Shown here: positions 8,941 through 17,614 of the stretch, piece by piece
Layout: every line of letters starts with the position of its first letter
How positions within the stretch are numbered: the first letter of the stretch is position 1
Source of the DNA: an uncultured Acidobacteriota bacterium
Lineage (GTDB): Bacteria > Acidobacteriota > Thermoanaerobaculia > Multivoradales > UBA5704
DNA: 64,000 bases
Direction of reading: 5' to 3'
Assembly: GCA_963732005.1 (NCBI GenBank)
Contig: CAVSXT010000005.1
Coordinates: 2,057,315 to 2,121,314 of the forward strand
Notes under the pieces: model-generated
What the model was told of the DNA's origin: nothing
Database searches by the model: none
The model's input: only the letters and a program-made list of their open reading frames with translations
Program-made: the position numbers and the translations under genes

Positions 8941-10167
8941 ATGGAGCGGCGGCCGAATGGCCCGCCGGCGCCGGCGGGATATGATTCTGGGCTGGTGACC
9001 CTCTCCATTCTCGACGCTGTGCGCGATCCCACGGGACGGCGGGCGTTCCTGCGCCTGCCGGATGTGGTCTATGCCGGCGATCCCGGCTACTGCGCCTCGC
9101 GTCCCGGCGACGCCGTGGCGAGCCTGGAGCGGCGGGAGTTCGCGGAGCGCCAGCTGGCGATGGTGGCAGTTGCGGCAGGGCGGCCGGCGGCGCGGCTGGT
9201 GGCGCGGCTGTCGCCGACGCTGCGCGACGCATCCGGGCGGCCCTACGGCATGCTGGGGTTCGCCGAGGCGCTGGCCGGCGCGACCGGCGGCGCGGCGGCG
9301 GCGCGGCTGTTCGCCGAGGCGATCGCCTGGCTGCGGGCTGGCGGCGCCGGCGAGATCATCGGTCCGATGGACGGCGACACCTGGCACCGCCACCGCCTGA
9401 ACGTCGGCCCCTGGGACGAGGAGCCCTTCCTGCTCGAGCCCTACAACCCGCCGCACTATCGCGAGCTCTGGGAGGCGCAGGGGTTCGCCGTGCTGGAGCG
9501 CTACGGTTCGCTGCGGGTCGACGATCTGCCGGCCGTCGCCGCGCATCTCGAGCCGCGGCGGCGGCAGGCGCTCGACGCAGGCTACCGCCTGCGGCGGCTG
9601 GACATGGGCCGCTTCCGCGAAGAGCTGGGGGTGCTCTACCGGCTGTCGTGCGCCATCTTCGCCGGCAATTTCCTCTACACCGAGATCCCGGAGGCCGAGT
9701 TCGCAGCCCTCTACGTCGGCGCCCGCGGCCTGGTCGACCCGGATCTGGCGTGGATCGCGGAGGCTCCCGGCGGCGAGCCCGTCGGCTTCCTGTTCGCGTT
9801 TCCGGACCGCTTCCGCGAGGTGGCGGCGCTGCGCGGCGGGCGCGGGCCGGGCGCGTTGCTGCGCTACGGCGCGGCCCGCCTGCGGCGGCGCGGTAGGCTG
9901 CCGGCGGTGAACTTCAAGACCCTCGGCGTGCTCGCCGCGCACCGCCGCGCGGGCATCGCCGCAGCGCTCATGGGCCAGGGCCACCAGGTGGCGGCGGCCA
10001 AGGGCTACGCCATCGCCCACCACTGCCTGTTCCGGGAGGGCAACCCCTCCGGCCGTCTCGACGGCGGTCATGGCCGCGTGCTGCGCCGCTACCTGCTCTA
10101 CCGGCTGGCCACGGCGCCTGACGGCGGGCCGGCGGCGGTGGCGGCAACGGGGGCGGTGGCGGGGTGA
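8941..10167 (+). CDS. GNAT/FemAB-like N-acyltransferase superfamily protein (double-domain, about 408 aa)
   Basis: ATG at 8941 with GGAAGGAG upstream. Acyltransferase-like segments (PYGMLGFAE, GIAAALMGQGHQVAAAKGYAIAHHCLFREGNPS). The stop overlaps the next gene's GTG (GTGA). Confidence 0.6.
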   Translation: MERRPNGPPAPAGYDSGLVTLSILDAVRDPTGRRAFLRLPDVVYAGDPGYCASRPGDAVASLERREFAERQLAMVAVAAGRPAARLVARLSPTLRDASGRPYGMLGFAEALAGATGGAAAARLFAEAIAWLRAGGAGEIIGPMDGDTWHRHRLNVGPWDEEPFLLEPYNPPHYRELWEAQGFAVLERYGSLRVDDLPAVAAHLEPRRRQALDAGYRLRRLDMGRFREELGVLYRLSCAIFAGNFLYTEIPEAEFAALYVGARGLVDPDLAWIAEAPGGEPVGFLFAFPDRFREVAALRGGRGPGALLRYGAARLRRRGRLPAVNFKTLGVLAAHRRAGIAAALMGQGHQVAAAKGYAIAHHCLFREGNPSGRLDGGHGRVLRRYLLYRLATAPDGGPAAVAATGAVAG

Positions 10168-12188
10168 GGGCGGCCGGCGCGGGAGCAGACGGCGAGGGCG
10201 GGGAGCATGCCGCGGGTGCCGCGGGTGCCGGGGGCGCCGCGGGCGGCAGCGCCAACGTCATCGAGCTGCTGGCGGCGGCGGCGCGGCGACATCCCGAGCG
10301 GCCCGCGCTGGTGACCTCTGAGCCGGGCGGCCGGCAGCAGGGAATCACCTATGGCGCCCTGTGGCAGCGTGTCCGGCGGGTGGCGGCCGGCCTGCGGCAG
10401 GCCGGCCTCGCGCCGGGCGAGCGGGCGATCGTCATGATCCCGATGTCGATCGATCTCTACGTCGCCCTGCTGGCGCTGCTCGAGCTGGGCGCGGTGGCGG
10501 TGTTCGTGGATCCCTGGATCGGCTGGCGCCAGGTGGCCGCCTTCGCCGCCTTCGCGTCGCCCGCGGCCTACCTGGGAACGCCGCGCAGCCACCTGCTGCG
10601 CTGGCTCTCGCCGGCGCTGCGGCGGGTGCGGCTGACGGTCACCACCGGCCGGCGCTGGGGGCCGCTGCCGGCCGGCCGCAGCCTGGCGGAGCTGGCGGCG
10701 GCGGGCGCCGCGGCCGGTACGAGCGAGGGTGCCGCGGGCCACGCCGGCAGGGGTGGCGAGGGTGCCGGGAGCGAGGTCGCGGCAGCTGCCCGAGGCGATG
10801 CCGTCAGGAATGCCAGCGGTGAAGCGAGCAGGAGCGCCGACGCCGCCGGGGACGGGGTCGCAGGAGAGATCTTCCGGGCCGCTGCCGGCGACCCGGCGCT
10901 GATCACTTTCACCAGCGGCTCCTCGGGCGAACCCAAAGGAGCCAACCGCACGCATGGCTTCCTGCGCGCCCAGCACCTGGCCCTGGCCGCCGAGTTCCCG
11001 CTGGCGGCCGACGACGTGGACCTGACGATGTTCCCGGTCTTCGCCCTGCGCAACCTGGCGAGCGGCGTCACCTCGGTCGTCCCGGCGATGGACTTCGCCC
11101 GCGTCGACCGCGTCGACGGCGCGGCGCTGCTGGCGCAGATGGAGGCTCACGGCGTGACCACCTGCACGGCGTCGCCGCCGTTCTTCGACCGCCTCGCCGC
11201 GGCGATCGCGGCGGCCGGTGCCGGCGGGGGCGATGCGGGCGGGCGGCCCGACCAGGACCTGCCGCCCCCGGCGCCCTTGCGGCGGCTGCGCCGCCTGCTG
11301 ACTGGCGGCGCGCCGGTCGCCGACGAGCAGCTGGCGCTCTGGCGGCGGGCGCTGCCGGAGACCGAGATCGTGGTGGTGTACGGCTCGACCGAAGCGGAGC
11401 CGGTCGCCCACCTCACCGTCGAGGAGCGATTGGCCCTGTGCAGAGCCTCGGCCCCGGCCGCGGTCTTGCCGGGCGCGGCGCCGGTGGCCGGCTACTGCGT
11501 CGGGCCGCCGTGCGCCGCGGTGCGGGCGCGCGTCATCCGTATCCACGGTGGTGCGGTGACGCTCGACGGCGGTTGGGCGGCTTGGGAGGTGCCGGCCGGC
11601 GAGGTCGGCGAGCTGGTGGTCGCCGGCGACCACGTCTGCCAGGACTATTTTCGCAATCCCGAGGCGGTGGCGGAGAACAAGATCCGTGACGCCGAGGGGG
11701 TGATCTGGCACCGCATGGGGGACACCGGCCGCCTCGACGCGCAGGGCCGCTTCTGGCTCGCCGGCCGGGTGCACTCGACGATCTGGCGCGCCGGCCGGGC
11801 GGTGCACCCCCAGCTCGTGGAGCAGGCGGCGGCGCAGGCGCTGGGCCGCTCCGCGCAGGCCATGGCGGCGGTGGGGCTGCCGGACGAGGCGCTGGGCGAG
11901 CGGGTGGTGCTGGTGATCGAGGGCGAGGAGGACGCCGGCGTGCACGCCGCTCTCGCGGCGCGCCTCGGTGGCGGGACGGAGGCGGGCGGCGCGGAGCCAG
12001 GCGGCGCGGAGCCGGGCGGGGCGGAGCCGGGCGTCGGTATCGCGATCGACGAGGTCGTGTTCAGCCGCCAGCCGTTGCCGCGCGATCCGCGCCACCGCAG
12101 CAAGGTCGACTACGCGCAGCTGCGCCGGCGGCTGCTGCGCGGCGGCGGCGCCGGCGGGCGCCTGCCCGCGGCGGGGAGCGGCCGATGA
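10164..12188 (+). CDS. AMP-dependent synthetase/ligase (acyl-CoA synthetase / fatty-acyl-AMP ligase-like)
   Basis: AMP-binding motif ITFTSGSSGEPKG and the core YGSTEAEP...GDTGRLD. GTG start overlaps the preceding stop; its own stop overlaps the next ATG (ATGA). Confidence 0.85.
   Translation: MRAAGAGADGEGGEHAAGAAGAGGAAGGSANVIELLAAAARRHPERPALVTSEPGGRQQGITYGALWQRVRRVAAGLRQAGLAPGERAIVMIPMSIDLYVALLALLELGAVAVFVDPWIGWRQVAAFAAFASPAAYLGTPRSHLLRWLSPALRRVRLTVTTGRRWGPLPAGRSLAELAAAGAAAGTSEGAAGHAGRGGEGAGSEVAAAARGDAVRNASGEASRSADAAGDGVAGEIFRAAAGDPALITFTSGSSGEPKGANRTHGFLRAQHLALAAEFPLAADDVDLTMFPVFALRNLASGVTSVVPAMDFARVDRVDGAALLAQMEAHGVTTCTASPPFFDRLAAAIAAAGAGGGDAGGRPDQDLPPPAPLRRLRRLLTGGAPVADEQLALWRRALPETEIVVVYGSTEAEPVAHLTVEERLALCRASAPAAVLPGAAPVAGYCVGPPCAAVRARVIRIHGGAVTLDGGWAAWEVPAGEVGELVVAGDHVCQDYFRNPEAVAENKIRDAEGVIWHRMGDTGRLDAQGRFWLAGRVHSTIWRAGRAVHPQLVEQAAAQALGRSAQAMAAVGLPDEALGERVVLVIEGEEDAGVHAALAARLGGGTEAGGAEPGGAEPGGAEPGVGIAIDEVVFSRQPLPRDPRHRSKVDYAQLRRRLLRGGGAGGRLPAAGSGR
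11991..12035. repeat. 3 x 15-bp tandem repeat encoding (GGAEP)3 inside the AMP-ligase C-terminus
   Basis: gcggagccaggcggc / gcggagccgggcggg / gcggagccgggcgtc, read directly. Confidence 0.8.
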
Positions 12189-13150
12189 GCGACGGCGCCG
12201 CCACTCTCAGTCTCGCCTCGCCGTTCCCGCTCCGGCTGCGCGCCTATCTCGCGGAGCGCTTCCCGCTGCTCGGCCATGGCGTGCTCATCGCCGCCTACTA
12301 CTCCTCCAACCAGTTCCTCGCCCGCGTCCTCACCGCGCCCGGGCGGCCGATGCGCTACGACCTCTCGTCGCTGGCCGGCGCCGTCACCCTGTTCTGCTTC
12401 TTCTTCCACCTGCGGGTCTTCGACGAGCACAAGGATTACCGCGACGACTGCCTGCACTACCCCGAGCGGGTGCTGCAGCGGGGCCTCGTCTCGCTGGCGC
12501 AGCTGCGCCTGCTGGGCGGCGGCGCCATCGCCGTCGAGCTGGCGCTGGCCGCCGCCAACGGCCTGCCGGCGCTCATCGCGCTGCTCGCCGCGCTCGCCTT
12601 CTCGCTGCTGATGCTGCGCGAGTTCTTCGCCGGCGCCTGGCTGCGGCGCCACTTCCTGCTCTATGCCGCCTCCCACATGCTGATCATGCCGCTGCTGTCG
12701 CTGATGGTGTTCGCGTTCGCCACCGGCCGCTTCCCGTGGCAGGCGCCGGCCTGGTTCTGGGTTTACAGCTGGGTGGGCTTCTGCGTCACCTCCAACTGGG
12801 AGGTGTCGCGCAAGATCCGCGCGCCGGCCGACGAGATCGAGGGCGTCGAGAGCTACACCCGCGTCTTCGGCACCTACGGCGCCGCCTATGTGGTCCTCGG
12901 CATCCGCGTCCTCGACACCGGCATGGTGGCGCTGGTGGGCCACCACCTGGGCCTGCCGGCCAGCTTCTACGCCGCGCTGGTGGCGCTCTTCGTCCTCTGC
13001 CTCGGTGGCTTCTTCGACTACCGCTTCCGCACCAGCCGCGCCAGCGCCAAGCGCATGGAGCTCTTCGCCGGCATCTACATCATCGCCTTCGATCTCATCC
13101 TCGCCTTCGAGATCGGCCGCCGCTTCGGCATCGCTCCCCCGTGGCGCTGA
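12185..13150 (+). CDS. Polytopic membrane protein, UbiA-prenyltransferase-like (tentative)
   Basis: About 8 predicted hydrophobic helices and an Asp-rich loop, RVFDEHKDYRDD, reminiscent of the UbiA NDxxDxxxD motif. ATGA overlaps on both sides. Confidence 0.5.
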   Translation: MSDGAATLSLASPFPLRLRAYLAERFPLLGHGVLIAAYYSSNQFLARVLTAPGRPMRYDLSSLAGAVTLFCFFFHLRVFDEHKDYRDDCLHYPERVLQRGLVSLAQLRLLGGGAIAVELALAAANGLPALIALLAALAFSLLMLREFFAGAWLRRHFLLYAASHMLIMPLLSLMVFAFATGRFPWQAPAWFWVYSWVGFCVTSNWEVSRKIRAPADEIEGVESYTRVFGTYGAAYVVLGIRVLDTGMVALVGHHLGLPASFYAALVALFVLCLGGFFDYRFRTSRASAKRMELFAGIYIIAFDLILAFEIGRRFGIAPPWR

Positions 13151-16107
13151 TGAACGAGCCCGCAACGCCGAACGCCGCGGCCGCCGGCGACGCCCTGGTG
13201 GTGGCGGACCTGGCGAGCGCGGCCCGCCAGCGCGAGCGGCTGGGCGGCAAGGCCGCCAACCTTGCCCGGCTGGAGGCCCTGGGCCTGCCGGTGCCGCCCT
13301 GGTATGCGGTCACCACCGCGGCCTTCGCGGCGGCGGTCGACCCGGACCTGCGCGGGCGCATCGCGGCGCGGCTGGCGCCGTTCGCAAGGCAGGAGGGAAG
13401 CCCGCCGGGCCAGGTCCCGGTGGCCGCCGCCGGCGCGGCACGCGACCTGGAGGTGTCGACGCGCGAGCTCGACGCGGCGGCGCGCGACGTCCGCTCCTGG
13501 ATCGAGGCGCTGCCGCTGCCCGCGGGCCTGGGGGCAGCGATGGCGGCGGCGCACGCGGCGCGCATCGGCGCCGGCGCCTTCGTCGCGGTGCGCTCCTCGG
13601 CGGCCGGCGAGGACGCCGCCGGCGAGTCGTTCGCCGGACTGCACGACAGCTTCCTCTACGTGCGTGGCGAGACGGAGGTCGAGTCGGCGTTGCGGCGGGT
13701 CTGGTCGTCCGCCTACAGCGAGCGCGCCCTCGCCTACCGGCTGGCTCAGGGGCTGCCGCTGCTGGAGATCGCGGTGGCGGTGGTGGTGCAGGAGATGGTC
13801 ACGGCGCGCGCCAGCGGCGTGCTCTTCACCGCCGACCCGGCGACCGGCAGCGTCCACGACATCGTGATCAGCGCCCTCTACGGCGCCGGCGAAGGGCTGG
13901 TCAGCGCCGGCCTCGACGCCGACACCTTCGTGGTCGACAAGCAGAGCCTCGAGGTCGACCAGCGCCTCGCCGGCAAGCGCGAGCGGCTGGTCTTCGACGC
14001 CGAGGGTGGCAGCGGCTTGCGCCACGAGCCGGTGCCGGCGGCGATGCAGGAGGCGAGCAGCCTGAGCGCCGCCGAGGTCGGCGCCCTGGCGCGGCTCGGC
14101 CTGCTCGTCGAGCGGCACCACGGCTGCCCGCAGGACCTCGAGTTCGCCATCGACGAGGGCGGCCGCGCCTGGCTGCTGCAGGCGCGGCCGGTGACCACCG
14201 TCGCCGAGCTCGGGCCGGCGGCCGGCAACCGCCTGCTGTGGGACAACTCCAACATCATCGAGAGCTACTCCGGCGTCACCTCGCCGATGACCTTCAGCTT
14301 CATCCGGCGCGCCTACGCCATCGTCTATCACTGCTTTGCCGAGGTGATGGGCATCGAGCCGGGAAAGGTGCGCGCCCATCGCGTGGTCTTCGATCACATG
14401 CTCGGCCTGTTCCGCGGCCAGGTCTATTACAACCTCCGCAACTGGTATGCCCTGGTGCGGCTCTTCCCCGGCTACCAGTACAACCAGAAGTTCATGGAGT
14501 CGATGATGGGGGTGCGGGAGCCGGCCGCCGATCCCGCGGATGCCGCGGACACCGCGGGCACGCCGGCGCCAGTTGCCGGTGCGGCTCGCGTCGCCAGGAT
14601 CGCCGCGGCGCCGTCGCGCCTGCACCGCTACACCGTCGAGCTGCCGGCGCTGCTGCGCCTGGTGCTGCGTTCGGCGAGCAACTTCCTGCACATCCGGCGC
14701 ATCGTCGGCGACTTCCAGACGTCGTTCTCGGCGCTCTACGGCGAGTGGTCGGCGCGCGACTTCAGCGCCATGGCGCCGCACGAGCTGCTGGCCCTCTATC
14801 GCGAGATGGAGGACCGGCTGCTGTGGAACTGGAAGGCGCCGATCGTCAACGACTTCTTCGTCATGGTCTTCTACGGCACCCTCAAGCGGCTAGCCACGAG
14901 CTGGTGCGGCGACGCCTCGGGGTCGTTGCAGAACGACCTGATCTGCGGTGAGGGTGGCATCGAGAGCACCGAGCCGACCAAGATGCTGCTGGCGATGGCC
15001 GCGGCGGCGCGCCGGCGGCCGGAGGTGGTGGAGCTGCTGCGCGCGAGCCCTCCCCAGGTGCTGGCCGCGCAGGTGCCTGCGGACCCGCGCTGCGCCGAGC
15101 TGGCCGCGGCGGTGCGGCGCTACCTCGAGCTCTACGGCCTGCGCTGCATGAACGAGCTGAAGCTCGAGGAGCCGTCGCTGCGCGACCGCCCGGCATTCCT
15201 CTACCAGGTGCTGCGCAACTACCTCGCGGCGAGCGATGCCGCGGCCCTCGACGTCGCCGCCCTGGAGGCGCGGGAGGGCCAGATCCGCGCCGCGGCGGAG
15301 CGTCGCGCGGCGGCGGCGCTGGCGGCCCGGCGGGGCCTGCTGCCGCGCCGCGCGGTTTTCCGATGGGTGCTCGGCAACGCGCGCCTGGGGGTCAAGAACC
15401 GCGAGAACCTGCGTTTCGCCCGCACCCGCATCTACGGCCTGCTGCGCGAGCTGCTGCGCGCCGTGGGCCACCGCTTCACCGCGGCGGGGATCCTCGCCGC
15501 GCCGGAGGACGTCTTCTACCTCACGCTCGACGAGGTCTGGGACTACGTCGAGGGCATGGCGGTGACCACCGACCTGCGGGGTCTGGCGGCGCTGCGCCGC
15601 GCCGAGTTCGACCGCTACCGCGAGGTCGAGGCCCGGCCCGAGGACCGCTTCGAGACCTTCGGCATGGCCTACCACCGCAACCTCTTCCGGGGCCGGCCGC
15701 CGCGGCGCGTCGTTGCCGGGAGCGCAGGTGCCACTGCCGGGGGCGACGCGGGCGACGCGGGCGGGGCGGGCGACATGGGCGCCGGCGCGGCAGTCTTGCA
15801 GGGCACTCCCTGCTGTCCGGGGGTGGTGACCGGAGCGGTCAAGGTGATCCGCACGCCGGCCGACGACGCCAGCCTGGCGGGCGAGATCCTGGTCGCCGAG
15901 CGCACCGATCCGGGCTGGGTGCCGCTCTACCCGTCGGTCTCGGGCCTGCTCATCGAGCGCGGCAGCATCCTCTCGCACTCCGCCATCGTCGCCCGCGAGA
16001 TGGGCATCCCGACCATCGTCGGCATCCCGGGGTTGATCGCGGCGATGCGGACCGGCCAAAGGGTCCGCATGGACGGCGCCGCCGGCACCGTCGAGCTGCT
16101 GGACTAG
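13150..16107 (+). CDS. PEP-utilising enzyme (phosphoenolpyruvate synthase / rifampicin-phosphotransferase-like; PPDK N-terminal ATP-grasp plus mobile His domain)
   Basis: N-terminal GGKAANLARLEALGLPVPPWYAV (PPDK_N) and C-terminal GVVTGAVKVIRTP...GEILVAERTDPGW...ILSHSAIVAREMGIPTIVG (PEP-utilising mobile domain). ATG at 13150 overlaps the upstream stop. Confidence 0.8.
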   Translation: MNEPATPNAAAAGDALVVADLASAARQRERLGGKAANLARLEALGLPVPPWYAVTTAAFAAAVDPDLRGRIAARLAPFARQEGSPPGQVPVAAAGAARDLEVSTRELDAAARDVRSWIEALPLPAGLGAAMAAAHAARIGAGAFVAVRSSAAGEDAAGESFAGLHDSFLYVRGETEVESALRRVWSSAYSERALAYRLAQGLPLLEIAVAVVVQEMVTARASGVLFTADPATGSVHDIVISALYGAGEGLVSAGLDADTFVVDKQSLEVDQRLAGKRERLVFDAEGGSGLRHEPVPAAMQEASSLSAAEVGALARLGLLVERHHGCPQDLEFAIDEGGRAWLLQARPVTTVAELGPAAGNRLLWDNSNIIESYSGVTSPMTFSFIRRAYAIVYHCFAEVMGIEPGKVRAHRVVFDHMLGLFRGQVYYNLRNWYALVRLFPGYQYNQKFMESMMGVREPAADPADAADTAGTPAPVAGAARVARIAAAPSRLHRYTVELPALLRLVLRSASNFLHIRRIVGDFQTSFSALYGEWSARDFSAMAPHELLALYREMEDRLLWNWKAPIVNDFFVMVFYGTLKRLATSWCGDASGSLQNDLICGEGGIESTEPTKMLLAMAAAARRRPEVVELLRASPPQVLAAQVPADPRCAELAAAVRRYLELYGLRCMNELKLEEPSLRDRPAFLYQVLRNYLAASDAAALDVAALEAREGQIRAAAERRAAAALAARRGLLPRRAVFRWVLGNARLGVKNRENLRFARTRIYGLLRELLRAVGHRFTAAGILAAPEDVFYLTLDEVWDYVEGMAVTTDLRGLAALRRAEFDRYREVEARPEDRFETFGMAYHRNLFRGRPPRRVVAGSAGATAGGDAGDAGGAGDMGAGAAVLQGTPCCPGVVTGAVKVIRTPADDASLAGEILVAERTDPGWVPLYPSVSGLLIERGSILSHSAIVAREMGIPTIVGIPGLIAAMRTGQRVRMDGAAGTVELLD

Positions 16108-16138
16108 CGAGACGACCGTCGCGCCCCGCCGCGCCGGC

Positions 16139-17614
16139 TCAGGAATGAACCTGCAGCGGCTGGAAGGCGCCCCAGACGGCCAGGTCCGGGCGCCAGGCGG
16201 ATGCCAGGCCGGCCCACTGCAGCGCCAGGACCAGCGCGGCGGCGGCGAAGGCGAGGAGGAAAAGGCGCGCCGGCCAGGGGATGTCGGCCTCCTCCTCGGC
16301 CTCCAGGCCACCCTCGTCGCGGACCAGGGCGGCGTTCGCCAGGGAGACCGCCAGCACCACGGTGCTCACCGCCAGCAGGGGTGAGGGCGGGAGGCCCTGG
16401 ATCAGCCAGGGCGGCACGGCGACCGCCAGCCCGGCCGCGGCGCCGGCGGCGGCGCCCGCGAGCCAGGGCGCTGCCCGCAGGGCCCTCCAGGTGCGCGGGG
16501 TCCGCAGCTCAGGCGGCGACCCGGGCGCCGCGCGGCAACTCGGCCGCCGGCGCAGCAGGATCAGCAGCCCCGGCCGCAGGCAGAATGCGAGCACCGCGCC
16601 GGAGGCGGCCAGGTAGGGGCCGTAGGCAGGGTCGAAGGCCTGGCGGAAGCTGTTGGCGAGGATCAGGATGCAGAACGGCGGCAGCACGGCGCGGGCCAGG
16701 GTCTGCACCCGCGCCCCGCCCGGCCGCCCGCGGCGCCCGAGGTAAACCCAGATGGCAACGTAGGCGGCGAAGCCGATGAAGGCCGGCAGCGCCCACTGCC
16801 AGCTGCCCAGCGACCAGGCGCCGTAGGCGTAGAGGATGAACGCCAGCGTGCCGCCGGCGTTGAGCGCGCGTGTCCGCCAGACCAGCGCCGCCACCACCAG
16901 GCAGATGACCAGCAGCGAGAGGTTCTGGAAGATCACCTCGGCGAGCGGCTGGGCGGTGATCTTGCCCAGCACCACCGCCACCGCCAGCGGCACGAAGAGG
17001 TTGTCCGCCCCCTTCAGCGAGATGGCCTCGAAACCGGTCACCAGCGCCGCCACCAGCAGCGCGGCGAGCACGCAGACCGGGCGCGGCAGGGCGGTGAGCA
17101 GCAACATCGGGAGATGCATGGCGAGGAAGGCGATGACCAGGAAGACCATCGATCCCTCGAGGCTCTTGTACTCGTCCTCGACCTGGTAGCGCACCACGCC
17201 GTAGCGGCTGCCGATGAGCGCGGCGAAGGCGTCGCCGACCGCCAGCACCAGCAGCGCCGAGACATAGATCCAGGGCCGGTCGCGGGCGATGAGGAAGACC
17301 AGGAAGACCGCCAGCGGGTAGTACTCGACGCCGCGGCTGCGGCGGCTGACCCCATGCAGGCTGCGCAGGAAACCGAGGCGGCCGCCGAGCGCGAAGACGG
17401 CGGTGAGCGCCGCCGCCATCGCCAGCACCACCCACGGCGAGCGCACCAGGAACGGGAAGAACAGGCAGGCGATGCCGCCGCCCATGTGGACCAGCTTGCG
17501 CGTCCACTCGGCCTGCGGATTGCCGAAGCGCCGCCAGAGCTCGGCGGCGAGCAGCAGGCCCAGGAACACGCCGGACAGCACCGCCGCCCCCGGCAGGTCC
17601 GCGCGCCAGTCCAT
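16139..17614 (-). CDS. Membrane protein with an N-terminal polyprenol/dolichol-kinase (CTP-dependent, Sec59/VTE5/CdsA-superfamily)-like domain fused to a further multi-TM domain
   Basis: RKLVHMGGGIACLFFPF and VGDAFAALIGSRYG (a GDxxAxxIGxxxG motif). The ATG overlaps the BtaA-like stop (TGATG). Confidence 0.5.
   Translation of the reverse strand: MDWRADLPGAAVLSGVFLGLLLAAELWRRFGNPQAEWTRKLVHMGGGIACLFFPFLVRSPWVVLAMAAALTAVFALGGRLGFLRSLHGVSRRSRGVEYYPLAVFLVFLIARDRPWIYVSALLVLAVGDAFAALIGSRYGVVRYQVEDEYKSLEGSMVFLVIAFLAMHLPMLLLTALPRPVCVLAALLVAALVTGFEAISLKGADNLFVPLAVAVVLGKITAQPLAEVIFQNLSLLVICLVVAALVWRTRALNAGGTLAFILYAYGAWSLGSWQWALPAFIGFAAYVAIWVYLGRRGRPGGARVQTLARAVLPPFCILILANSFRQAFDPAYGPYLAASGAVLAFCLRPGLLILLRRRPSCRAAPGSPPELRTPRTWRALRAAPWLAGAAAGAAAGLAVAVPPWLIQGLPPSPLLAVSTVVLAVSLANAALVRDEGGLEAEEEADIPWPARLFLLAFAAAALVLALQWAGLASAWRPDLAVWGAFQPLQVHS

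Noticed and set aside
8266-10071. 601-aa minus-strand ORF
   Set aside because: It is antisense to the GNAT-like gene, which has a recognisable fold, a Shine-Dalgarno sequence and start/stop coupling. Its translation is Arg/Gly/Pro-rich low complexity, typical of high-GC shadow ORFs.
10098-12095. 665-aa minus-strand ORF
   Set aside because: It is antisense to the AMP-ligase, whose conserved AMP-binding motifs settle the true frame.
13075-14781. 568-aa minus-strand ORF, and the 12888-14951 plus-strand alternate frame
   Set aside because: They overlap the PEP-utilising enzyme gene, which carries clear PPDK_N and mobile-domain motifs. The alternatives are low-complexity.
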